Below are positions 37,713 through 48,512 of a DNA stretch of 64,000 bases, one piece after another. Below the pieces are notes generated by a model that worked only from the letters and a program-made list of their open reading frames with translations, was not told the origin of the DNA and searched no databases. Numbering within the stretch: the stretch's first letter is position 1; each line of letters begins with the position of its first letter. Origin of the DNA: Tubulanus polymorphus. Lineage: Eukaryota; Animalia; Nemertea. The translations under genes were made by a program, and so were the position numbers. The stretch is from positions 8,940,962-9,004,961 of the forward strand of contig NC_134034.1 of the NCBI RefSeq assembly GCF_964204645.1, in the 5' to 3' direction.

Positions 37713-40532
37713 TCATTATGAGAATGCCGGTTTGCTAGCGTATCTATTTAACACCCGTATTGCTCGGGTTAGTTTTACTATCAACGGGTGGCGCTGTATG
37801 TAAATTTCACATAAATCAAAGACTTTCGGCTATTAGCGGTACTTAAGACCACTTGAACACATCATAGTCAATTAAGGTAGTAGTGAACATAAAAAGATAC
37901 AGTACAAAGATACAGTACGGTGTACAGTTAAGGACATGATTCCATAGGACCCATACCAGAGACATTTTGTTCAGACAAGGACTATTAGTTAAACACTAAT
38001 CTTCATTTTCAGCAATTAACGATCTGGTGAATTAATTAGTGATTCGGTCTTTCGGTGGTTCGAGATAAAATGCCCGCAAAATAAGAACCTAACGAACCAG
38101 GGCTGACCACAAATTGCCCAACAGATAAATTTTCGAAACGACACAATCCAATCATGTTGGGTATCAAATGTGGCGTGGACCATGGTCTTTGAACTGACCA
38201 ATGCATGACCAGTACTGACCATATAGTAAATTATTTGTTTGCAAACAATTAAGTTGTTTGGTGTCAAATAACTAGATATGATGTGGGCATTAATCTAAAA
38301 ATTGTTTAACTGACCAATGCTTGACCAGTACAGACCAGTTACCAGTGCTAACCAGAACCCCCATAAGTAATTTATATGTTTAGTGAATCCTTCGTTAGTA
38401 CTACTAGCTCTTACATTTGAATTTGTCGCTTGAAAAAGTCTTGTCCGATTTTTGTTGTAGGTAGCGAGCTAACATTGAAATTCCGCTAAAATGCATAAGA
38501 TTTTTACGTAGGGTTTTGAACGAACAACGTTTCCATTTGTAATTGTAACGTGCGCATTTGAGCCTGTAACGTGCACATTTCACTCGCGTGAACGTGCGTA
38601 TCGGTACCAACATGCGAGACTTGTCAAACTTTTACGATCAAGACTTTTAAACTGAACAAAGAAGATATCATATTATATTATATATACATGAATAGATGGA
38701 ATGATAATTTAGTAGTTTTAAATGTTTCGTAGCTGCTGTCCACTGACCACAGATCAAAGCTAATTGCCTGATATGAAATATATGTTTGTTATAGAGATGT
38801 AGTAGATCAGTGAGAATTCAAACTTATGGTTAATTCTGAGTGATCACAACGCTAACCAATAGAGAAAGCTGTAAGGCCTAAGAAAAGATGCATTAAGTCT
38901 AACATATCTTTCAATATAATGATGAAGTATTCAACTGGCCATCACAACAATAGTTTGACTTATCTTAATGAAAAATACCGGAGTGTTAATGGGAAAACCT
39001 TGAATTCTAAACAATTCCACACTCAATTGTTAACTTTGAAAACACAATTTGCATTTTGTGGACATGTATTTTTTTCTGCGCCAAAAGCATGAAGTATATT
39101 ATCTTTGCTTGTAAAAATTTGAAATTTTGGGGAAGATTTTTGGCCTCGTTAACCTGTGAACACGTCCTTCATATATTTTCTAAGACCGACCCTTGAAATG
39201 ATGCTGAGAGTTTCGAGGATAATTTTGGTAGGATGTAAACTTAGGCTGCTTCGTATCCGTGGAGGGTTGCTAATTATTGATTATATACACAATAATCATA
39301 AGTACCATGAGATTCGATAGAATATCGTTTTTCAATCATACGTACACGAATTAACGCGATATAAAGATAAATAATATGTTCATATACTTTTTACGTCTTA
39401 AACTGTATATTTCTTTAGTATTATAAATAAGGAGTGGATCAGCAGGCCACCTGAGACCATTCCACGATATAAGGTCAGTTGCCAAAAGTTAGTAAGTTTA
39501 CCAGTGGATAGTTAACATTTATAATGACAATTAAATTTTCATTGCTAAAATAACTTTGTACTCTTTGACTCAAAAAGCAGAGAATTGAAAATTAATTTAA
39601 ACTATCTTTGAGAAACGGGTCCCAGAGCTGTATCCTTTACTCCTGTAATAAAGGATGCAATCTATTTGCGACAAACAGCTAGTGCAAATAGCTAAAAAGG
39701 TAACAATAGTGCATTGGCAAACTTAGAGCAAGCGTACATTGGTTGTTTAGGTTTTTCGAAGGGGAGAATTTGTGGGAAAATTAATCATTACTGAGATATA
39801 TCCGTGGCGAGCTTTTCCAGGGATTTAAAAAGTTGAGCTGTACACAAGGAATTTTGTGTAGTCCAATATCCGTGATTACCTCTGGCGTGGAGAGATACAA
39901 TCTAAAACCAACCCTAGAGTCAAATATTTTACCACAATTTTTTATGATCAATAAAAAGATTGAGTAATAGACATTCAAACAGTATTATCTAAATTCCACT
40001 CCATTTTAAACTCATTCATCTCTACACAAACTCCAACTTGTTGAACAGTCCACATTAAAATTAGGGACCATTATTCTTGCTCATCTACACTGGCTACCAA
40101 TCTAACAAAGGATTAAATTTTAGTGTTTGATGTTATAACAATACCAGACTGAATTATGGATTCGGTTTCTACTTTTTAATTGAACATTTATATCACATAT
40201 TGGGCATCATTTTTACCAGTATATATGGAATAACCTATTCATACATCAGGTTCAATTTTATATAATCTGATTTTTGAGATGTCATTCAATCAATGCATTC
40301 ACATGCGGTCGTCGCTTTCAATAGCCACCACGGACTGGCTCCTTATTATTTCTTTGGCGATACCATTGGCAGACGATCCCACACGTTTCTTGCTCCAACC
40401 CTAGAATGCTCAATATTCGTCATGAACCCCGATTTGAATTTAAATTCAAAATACTCCCAAAACACACCTGTTAACTAGATTACTCTAAAACACCTTTATG
40501 TGCAAGAATCAGTGAAATTGGCGCTTTATCAG
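37713..40532. repeat. Direct duplication, copy 2 (with an extra ~160 bp near 39507-39667)
   Basis: Colinear with 33179-35818. Confidence 0.93.
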
Positions 40533-42015
40533 CAATTTCTAGCAATTTGATAATATCCTTCGAAATCTAAATTCTAAAAAGGAATCAGGCATATCTTCTT
40601 GTTTGACTAAATATGAACTCAACAACAAGTGACACTCCCTTCAAAAGCGCCAAAGTAAAATCATGTGTCGAGTGGAGATGATATTGTGTCAGAATTTCTT
40701 CAAAATCGGAGAAAATTGAATATTTTGAAAATAATCATTTTACATGTATGTTTAAATCCGTTATAACTGGAGCAATTTTCATGAAAAAATATCTATGGAA
40801 TCAGCGAAATGTAATTAAGAAGAATTCTATGTTTAAAAAGTTATCAAAGACATTTGAAAAAAGTTTTCTGAATTCGTCAACTGTTAAACTAGTAACAACC
40901 AGATGCGTTCCCATTTAATCACCGACCGCGAGCTGAGTCTATGTGCGATGTGCCCTACACTGAAAATCTCAAGTGCTATACAACCGGTTTTTTAGGTGCC
41001 TCTGAATGTCGGCCGTTAAAAAACTGACCAATTCCCATTTAGACAGGGCCTACGTAGTTAGAGAAAATTCAAGATGTGTATATCGTGGGATACAGGCTCC
41101 ATATTTCATGTGCGTTTGGAATTTAACCTTGTTTATAACGAAACACGCATGTATTTATGCTATTTTAGATTTAAAAAGAGCGCACGAAAGTGTTTCATGA
41201 GACCCGCAAATAACGTCAAGTTATTCATGCATTTTTGATTTATATGAATAAATTTCGCTTCGAAATCTTTAAATTTCTCAGGTGGATTATTTAATAAATT
41301 TACAACAGTCCATTATGGATTAGTTTGACGCCAATCGCTCTTTTAAAGATCGTTCTTTCTCGAAGAACGATTTTCTTAAAAACTTTGATTATGGCGAATC
41401 TTTTATGTGTCCGATAGTTAAACCTTCGGGTATTACACTAGAACACAAATTTTTAAAGATATTCATAACATACTGAAGGATATCACAGTTTATACCCGAA
41501 GATATGCAGTTGGATAGATCTTTTTGTTTCGATTCGCATGCGACAGTAAAAACGGTACTTGATATGATATGTGAACTTCATCATTGATATTTTCTCTACT
41601 TGAATTCCAAAAAAGAACTGACAATGAAAAAGGGTTACAGCTGTGACTGATATCACTCCAAATTTCAATTCCTATGAACACTTTCATATAAAGAAAACTA
41701 TTAACGAAGCAGTTTTTAAAGGCGAAGAATCCGCGTTACCATCGCATTTTCAAAACGTGAAGGAATGTTTAATGCCTCGGTGACCACTGGTCTAGTACGC
41801 GATTTTCTGAAATAAAAGTGGCCAAGTCTAAAGAACAACTATTGTATCACATGATTTCAAATATTAGGAACCCAATGCGTGTAATGATTTAATTAATTGG
41901 TATCGCGCAGATTGGTTGAAAGACGGGTGTTAGTCACCTTGTGATTTGATTGTTTTTCATGCATCGATTAATTAATCTTATTATAACTTATTTGTAGGCG
42001 GTTCCACTTGGGCAG

Positions 42016-42470
42016 TGGTGGTCAGTGATGGTCAATTTATGAATTTCAATGGCGAATCCTTTCTAGTTTCACATCAAATGCGGTACCGGTATATCGTTCT
42101 TTCAAAAAGTTTCAATTGGTCAGTGGTGCGTGGTTAGTAATGGTCAATTTATGAATTTTAATGGCGAATCCTTTCTAGTTTCACACCAAATGCGGTACCG
42201 GTATATCGTTCTTTCAAGAAGTTTCAATTGGTCAGTGGTGGTCAGTGATGGTCAATTTATTAATTTTTAATGGCGAATCCTTTCTTGTTTCACATCTAAT
42301 GCGGTACCGGTATATCGTTCTTTCAAGAAGTTTCAATTGGTCAGTGATGGTCAATTTATGAATTTTCAATGGCGAATCCTTTCCAGTTTGACACCATAAC
42401 GCGGTATATCGTTTTCATATTCGAGAAGTTTGAATTGGTCATTGGTGGTCAGTGATGGTCAGTGATGAAT
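42016..42470. repeat. ~112-bp tandem repeat, about 4 units, adjoining element C
   Basis: TGGTCAATTTATGAATT...ATGGCGAATCCTTTC...GCGGTACCGGTATATCGTT is repeated. Confidence 0.9.
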
Positions 42471-42516
42471 TTGCAATGATGATACCTTAGTAGTTTGAAA
42501 ACAAACATTACATGAT

Positions 42517-42686
42517 AGTAATTAGGAGATGGCGTTTTCAGGCCAGAGGACGAGAGGACGAGACACCACTCATCACCACAAGTAATTTTTTTCCCTAATA
42601 AATGGGAGACAGTGAGTTCCAACTAGAAAACAATAATGTCAATAAAAATCAATATTATTGTCAATATTGTAAAAAATACATCGATA
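42517..42686 (+). repeat. Left terminal inverted repeat of C
   Basis: Reverse complement of 58823-58992, with one mismatch seen (position 10). Confidence 0.97.
42568..42604 (+). promoter_or_regulatory. Putative promoter motif ACTCATCACCACAAGTAATTT...TAAATG
   Basis: The same motif lies directly upstream of the ATGs at 42602, 43018, 43503 and 58907(-), with a partial copy before 53608. Confidence 0.65.
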
Positions 42687-42805
42687 AATCTTACATGGAA
42701 AATGTTAGAAATTATATTGATTCATTAGAAATAAAAGATACAATTGAAATTTTAGAAATATTACGTAGTAAAATTGTGACACACATAAACAGTGAGTGCG
42801 CGTAA
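42602..42805 (+). CDS. Mini-ORF made of two pPolB N-terminal pieces, starting inside the left TIR
   Basis: The first 28 aa are identical to the pPolB start, then join in frame to YMENVRNYIDSLEIKDTIEILE. Confidence 0.45.
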   Translation: MGDSEFQLENNNVNKNQYYCQYCKKYIDKSYMENVRNYIDSLEIKDTIEILEILRSKIVTHINSECA

Positions 42806-43017
42806 CAACAGCTGTGTGTGGATAGATCGATACAGTGAGTCTCTACTGAGAACGGTTATTAATGTGTGTGCTATTACTGTAGTACAGTGATTGCGTGTCA
42901 ACTGTACCAGGATAAATAGATGCTGTGAGGCTTGGGTGAGAACGGTTAATAGCGTGCTTGTTATATAGGGGGAAGTAATCCCCACTCATCACCACAAGTA
43001 ATTTGTTTTCCTTAGAA

Positions 43018-43344
43018 ATGGGAGATAGAAAAGCATTCTTAGCAACAATAAATAACAGAATAAAACCAGCAAAAAAACAATTTGAAATAAAAAAGTTAGT
43101 TGATGTTACAAAAGAAATTGAACATAAAATATTGAAATTAGAAAAGATAAAAACTAAATATGGAGAGAAAGTATCAGCTAATTTAAGCTACTGTAATGTT
43201 AGTACATCGCGAGAATTTAAAGTATTTTTACCCGATAAATGGGTTTCATTGAGTATGGAGGAATTGAAAGATTTAGTAGGATTTAAAATAATATATCATG
43301 GGAAAAATGAAGACGGTCATCATGATTTAGAAATTGTTGATTAA
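43018..43344 (+). CDS. Divergent homologue of the putative ssDNA-binding protein
   Basis: KKLVDV...KTKYGEKV...FLPDKW...IYHGKNEDGHH aligns with 21399-21752. ATG at 43018 follows the promoter motif. Confidence 0.7.
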   Translation: MGDRKAFLATINNRIKPAKKQFEIKKLVDVTKEIEHKILKLEKIKTKYGEKVSANLSYCNVSTSREFKVFLPDKWVSLSMEELKDLVGFKIIYHGKNEDGHHDLEIVD

Positions 43345-43502
43345 ATTTTAAAAAAAATAAATTAATAAAAATAATGAATATCTAGAATCCGAAATGACTT
43401 ATCTGGACAATTTAATTGCTCCACATAGATAGACAAAAGTAGTGAGATATTCAATTATTTTTTTTCATACTCATCACCACAAGTAATTTTTTTTCCTAAT
43501 AA

Positions 43503-44180
43503 ATGGAACTAGAACAACTACAAACTATCAATATTACAAATAACACTGGTGTTATAAACATATACTACAAGAAGTGTTCTAAATGTGAATTAGATAAATT
43601 AGCTTTAATAGAATTTAGTAAGCGTAAGATTAGCAAAGATGGTTTTCAAAATTGTTGTAAAACTTGTGCTAAACTATATACCAAACAATACCGAGAAGAT
43701 AATAGAGAAGCTTACAATGATTATATGACAGAATACATGAGAGAAAAATATAAAACAGATCTTAATTTTAGATTAAAACAATGTTTACGGTCTAGATTAA
43801 CGCAATTATTCAACAAAGAAACACATTCAGAAACACTATCTAATTTGTTGGGTTGTTCAGATGAATTTCTCAAATCATGGATAATATATCAATTCGACAA
43901 TAAAATGAATATAGATAATTATGGTGAATACTTTCATATTGATCATGTGTTGCCGATTTCTAAATTTGATATGAATGATGAATATGATAAGAAGCTAATC
44001 TGGAACTGGAGAAATTTAAGACCTTTAGAAAAGAAAGAAAATATAATTAAATCTAACAAACTAGATATGAAATTATATTTAGATCAACTGGAAAAAACAA
44101 AAAAATTTATTGAATTATGGAACAATAATCCAAATAATGAACGATACGTTGAGGAATTTGATATCAAGGATCCGAAATGA
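43503..44180 (+). CDS. HNH endonuclease with an N-terminal CxxC...CxxC zinc ribbon (large-DNA-virus type)
   Basis: KCSKC...SKDGFQNCCKTC, FRL...LRSRL, LGCS, HIDHVLP, NLRPL...ENIIKSNK. Confidence 0.85.
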   Translation: MELEQLQTINITNNTGVINIYYKKCSKCELDKLALIEFSKRKISKDGFQNCCKTCAKLYTKQYREDNREAYNDYMTEYMREKYKTDLNFRLKQCLRSRLTQLFNKETHSETLSNLLGCSDEFLKSWIIYQFDNKMNIDNYGEYFHIDHVLPISKFDMNDEYDKKLIWNWRNLRPLEKKENIIKSNKLDMKLYLDQLEKTKKFIELWNNNPNNERYVEEFDIKDPK

Positions 44181-44247
44181 CTTATCTGGATAATTTAATT
44201 GCCCCACAGTGAGATATTTAATTATTTTTTTGTTTTTTTCTAAAATA

Positions 44248-44650
44248 TTAATCCATTTTTTTTATTATAAATTTTGGAATTTCAGAAGTACTTTCATTTT
44301 TGATAGCAGTTGGTTCAGAATTACTAATATCATGAATTTTATTTGATTTCTTATACCAATTACACCCAATCAAAATGAATACAATTACAAATCCAACTGT
44401 AAAATATAAATATTTATCAAATATTCTACTATCAGAAGGAGTAGAAATAACAATATAAATATTTATCAAATATTCTACTATCAGAAGGAGTAGAAATAAC
44501 AATATTTTCACCATTTTTATTAACATTTTTATTACTTATTTTTTCTTTTACAGCTTTTTTATATTCTTGTGATTTAATTCCTAATTGCCGAGACCATTCA
44601 ATTTGTTTCTGAGTTCTCGGTTTTTTCTTCACTTCTTTCACCTCGCTCAT
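44248..44650 (-). pseudogene. Basic single-pass membrane protein frameshifted by a 49-bp tandem duplication
   Basis: 49-bp period at ~44403-44505. Removing one copy fuses ORFs 44432-44650 and 44248-44526 into a homologue of 10724-11092. Confidence 0.85.
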
Positions 44651-45188
44651 TTATTATAGAAATATTTTTACTTTCAATATTTGAAAATGTTATAACCCCG
44701 GTTGACAATAATGTCATAAATCCACCTAATTGAAATGATAAATATCCAATCCATTTATTTAATTCAGTCATAACTAAATAATCATTTTTTAAATCGGAAT
44801 ATAATCTATTTTCATCTTCAATTGGTAGTATATAATTACATAATTTACTATAACCTTTTACTACATTTTCTGATATCGCGTCATTAATTCTAGCTGTTCT
44901 CGCGGCTTCATAAATCTTAAATAATCTAATAATTTCATCTGATTTCATTGTGTCTAATTCATTATAAGTTAAATTTTTACTGACAAAATTTTTACATTTT
45001 CCAGATGCTATTAATATTTCTAATTGATGTTTACAATAAAGATAATATTCATAATTATTATTTGTTGTAACATTATTTAAAGCACCATCATCTGGAGTTA
45101 ATTTTGTTTCTGTTATTCCTAAATCATCTAAAGTTTTTTCAATTGGAACATCACCATTTTTAGATTTTATTTTCTTTTCACCTCCCAT
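44598..45188 (-). CDS. Conserved Polinton protein of unknown function
   Basis: 196 aa with a TAAATG start. Homologue at 10129-10731. Confidence 0.82.
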   Translation of the reverse strand: MGGEKKIKSKNGDVPIEKTLDDLGITETKLTPDDGALNNVTTNNNYEYYLYCKHQLEILIASGKCKNFVSKNLTYNELDTMKSDEIIRLFKIYEAARTARINDAISENVVKGYSKLCNYILPIEDENRLYSDLKNDYLVMTELNKWIGYLSFQLGGFMTLLSTGVITFSNIESKNISIINERGERSEEKTENSETN

Positions 45189-45214
45189 TTATATAACAAA
45201 CAAATTAGTTGTGT

Positions 45215-45472
45215 TGTTGCAACTAGAATTCAACTAGAATTTAACTAGAATTCAACTAGATTAACAAGCTAGTTGAAATATTGTTGTTTTTGTTTATTTC
45301 TAGTTACATTATAGTTGATTTTTGTTTCAACTACTAACAACTAGAATTCAACTAGAATGTAACTAGAATTAAACTAGATTAACAAGCTAGTTAAAATATT
45401 GTTAAATCTATTTGATTTTTGTTACAACTACTAATAACTAGAATTCAACTAGATTAACAAGCTAGTTGAATT
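45215..45472. repeat. Array of 11-bp CAACTAGAATT repeats with short hairpins
   Basis: Three clusters, each closing with AACTAGATTAACAAGCTAGTT. Confidence 0.85.
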
Positions 45473-46080
45473 TAAATAAATTCATATTTAAATGGGTGTT
45501 GTAATCTAAATAGTAATTTTGATCTTTTAATATTTTTCAACTTATCCATATATTCATTATGTAAATCATGTGGAATAATATCATTTTCCTCAAGTGCATT
45601 TTTCATCGATTTTCTATCTTTATTGTAGAATAAAACTAGAAATCTAATGTTTTCTCTAAAGTCTTTAACAATTGAATTATATTTTTGATTTAAAACCCAA
45701 GTTGTTATCCCAAAATGTCTGCCAGAAAAAGCTAAATAACATAACTCACTTTCTCTAACTTTTGAATCATGTAGATTAGCACAATCATCTATGATAAATA
45801 ATGTATTTGATCCTTTATAAATATCAATTGCTATTTTTATACAATTATCTAAATTTTCTTTTACTGTTTTAGGATCTAATATAATAAATTTATTATTTCT
45901 AGTAATATTTCTATCATAAGTTTGATTAAATTCATATGTTGGACAAAATAATACTATATTATCAAAATAGTTTTTGTAAACAGTTTCTAGTAAATTTAAT
46001 ATGAAGTGTGTTTTACCACAATTTGTTACACCAGAAATTAACATATTATGAGGCTCAAATATGAATAATTCCTTATTCAT
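45472..46080 (-). CDS. A32-like packaging ATPase
   Basis: GVTNCGKT, LFIIDD, GRH and LNQ motifs. Confidence 0.93.
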   Translation of the reverse strand: MNKELFIFEPHNMLISGVTNCGKTHFILNLLETVYKNYFDNIVLFCPTYEFNQTYDRNITRNNKFIILDPKTVKENLDNCIKIAIDIYKGSNTLFIIDDCANLHDSKVRESELCYLAFSGRHFGITTWVLNQKYNSIVKDFRENIRFLVLFYNKDRKSMKNALEENDIIPHDLHNEYMDKLKNIKRSKLLFRLQHPFKYEFI

Positions 46081-47208
46081 TTATATATTTTTAATTTTAC
46101 TTGATAATATCCATTCATTGAATTTATCTGGCCATCCAACCCATTTTACTAAAGAATATTCTTTTCTTTTAACAGTTTTTGTTTTTAGTACTTTTTCAAT
46201 TTTATATTCTTGTTCTAGATTTTCAGTAGTTAAACTTAATTCTTCTTCGTAAAAGTAGCCATCAACTTCTTCACCATCTAAATCTTCTAATTTATAGACA
46301 TATGGGTTTGTTGTTATTACCTTTTTTATTTTGTATATTTCTCTAGTAAAATTTCGATCGTATCCTTTGTCAAATATCTTTTTATACTTAGAAATTCTAA
46401 CATTTTGACCAACTTTAAATTTAGGTTCACCAAAATCATCTACAAGAAATGCTCCATATAAATTATTCCAAACAATTTCAGCATTTTCAGGTTTTCTAGC
46501 ATCAATAGGTTTCATTCCAATAGAAGAATGATAAGAATTATTATATCCTTCTATAAATTTTGGTAAAACATCAATCCATTTATAAGTATTATTTGCTGTG
46601 AAATATTTTGATATTCTTGTTCTCAATGTTCTATTAAATCGTTCAACAACTGCTGCTTTTTTATCCGATTTTGTTGAAAAATATTTAATATTATGAAAAT
46701 CTAAAAGTCTATGAACTAATGAATTATCAAATTCTTTTCCATCATCAAATTGAATTTTTTCTGGTTTTAGTTTACCACCTGAAAGAAATTTTCGTAAAAC
46801 ATGTGATTTTTGTGCAGCATCTTTTCTATAAAGCGGGAAGCTCCATACATAACGACTAAAAATATCAATTATATTCAATATCCACCAATAATCATTATTA
46901 TCTTTTTTAAGATTTTTCATATCAATTAAATCTCCTTGCCACTGTTGATCTACATAACTTACCATAGTTTTACGAGTTTTATATTTTCTAACAATTTTTT
47001 TATGTGTTGTATATGTTGGTTGTTCTAACATAAATTCATTTATATCTTTGTATTTAACTAAATTTTGTGGGATTATCTTATCTAATTTATCTTGTTTTAC
47101 TTTACGCCATATATTTTTAGTAGAAGAATAAGCAACCGAACTCTCAGGGTTGTAATATAAATTTCTTAAATATTGTTCTTTAGTATTAGGAGTTTTTTTA
47201 CCACTCAT
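46081..47208 (-). CDS. RVE integrase with chromodomain
   Basis: WQGDL, QFDDGKEF, VVERFNRTLR core. LVKWVGWPDKFNEWI chromodomain. Confidence 0.96.
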   Translation of the reverse strand: MSGKKTPNTKEQYLRNLYYNPESSVAYSSTKNIWRKVKQDKLDKIIPQNLVKYKDINEFMLEQPTYTTHKKIVRKYKTRKTMVSYVDQQWQGDLIDMKNLKKDNNDYWWILNIIDIFSRYVWSFPLYRKDAAQKSHVLRKFLSGGKLKPEKIQFDDGKEFDNSLVHRLLDFHNIKYFSTKSDKKAAVVERFNRTLRTRISKYFTANNTYKWIDVLPKFIEGYNNSYHSSIGMKPIDARKPENAEIVWNNLYGAFLVDDFGEPKFKVGQNVRISKYKKIFDKGYDRNFTREIYKIKKVITTNPYVYKLEDLDGEEVDGYFYEEELSLTTENLEQEYKIEKVLKTKTVKRKEYSLVKWVGWPDKFNEWILSSKIKNI

Positions 47209-47238
47209 TTATATATCCTTAATTTTAACTTTATATTT

Positions 47239-48492
47239 CTAATATTGAACACTATCTAATTGTGAATTTACAATATTTAATTGTGCGTCAGATATAATAT
47301 AAATATGCATTTTAAATGAACTTTTTAAATGAACTTTTAACTTTTTCATGAATAATTGTATTCCATCTTTAGTGTTCTGTAGTTTTTTTCCAGAACCATG
47401 TAATGAATTATCTTCAGTTGTTCTAAAATCTAACCATAATGCATATTTATTACCAGTATAATAATCAATTTGATTAATATTACAATTTTCAGATGATTTC
47501 ACTTTTTCGTTCATAAAATGTTTTCTAATTTCTGGCCATTGATCAATCATTCTCATTCCTTGGCAAAATATTTTATTCGCTATACCTTCGATAGTTATTT
47601 CTACTTTTGTTATTTCAGGATTATAATAATTGTCAACATTTATTGCGCCATTAGTATACGTTCCAATGGTAAAAAATATTAATATACCTTTAATAGATCT
47701 TCTAGGAAAGTTAATATTCTCATTAATTATTTCATCATTTGCATTAATAGTTACAGTTTTAAATTTATCAATATAATCATATAATAATGAAAACCCTTGA
47801 TTGTATTGAGTTTGAATTATACTTGCAATATTTTCATCAGTTACTGTATCATATTCTAAACATATATTCGATAATTTATAACTCATATCTTTAACAACGC
47901 TAGATAATACAATTTCATTTACAGGAGCAAATGTTATCTCAAATATAATATCTTCTTGAATTGCGTATTTATATAAAGGTGCATTATTATTTATCAATTC
48001 AATATCTAATGGAATTTTATATTTGCTTCCATATATACTTTTTATCAATTTATCTACATCATTTGTTAATATTGCGCTATTAGCTTCTGATCTTAATTTA
48101 TTTTGGTTTTCTGATTGGATTCCTTGAAATATCATATTATTTCTGTTTTCTTTAGTTAACCATAAATCTTTATAATGCATAAATAAATTATAATCATCTA
48201 ATGAGAAAACTGTTTCTGGACCAATCTTTATTGTTAACTTTTTAATCAAATATCTTCCAACATTATCAACGACATAATTATTATTATTACCGATTACTTT
48301 TATATCGGCTGATAAATAAATACTGTTTGGAACATAAAAAGTATTTTGTGTTAATCGAGGAATTCTAACATATAAAATTTCATCGGGATTAATATTTGAA
48401 GGGTTATGAGTAATTATATGATGTGATCTTTCTGCTTTAATAGCATTAGATATTCTAGAAATCTTAGAAGGACTTATATAACTCCCACTCAT
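47239..48492 (-). CDS. Major capsid protein (inferred)
   Basis: 417 aa, near-identical to 14748-15995. Confidence 0.78.
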   Translation of the reverse strand: MSGSYISPSKISRISNAIKAERSHHIITHNPSNINPDEILYVRIPRLTQNTFYVPNSIYLSADIKVIGNNNNYVVDNVGRYLIKKLTIKIGPETVFSLDDYNLFMHYKDLWLTKENRNNMIFQGIQSENQNKLRSEANSAILTNDVDKLIKSIYGSKYKIPLDIELINNNAPLYKYAIQEDIIFEITFAPVNEIVLSSVVKDMSYKLSNICLEYDTVTDENIASIIQTQYNQGFSLLYDYIDKFKTVTINANDEIINENINFPRRSIKGILIFFTIGTYTNGAINVDNYYNPEITKVEITIEGIANKIFCQGMRMIDQWPEIRKHFMNEKVKSSENCNINQIDYYTGNKYALWLDFRTTEDNSLHGSGKKLQNTKDGIQLFMKKLKVHLKSSFKMHIYIISDAQLNIVNSQLDSVQY

Positions 48493-48512
48493 TTATTAAA
48501 CAAAAAAATTAA

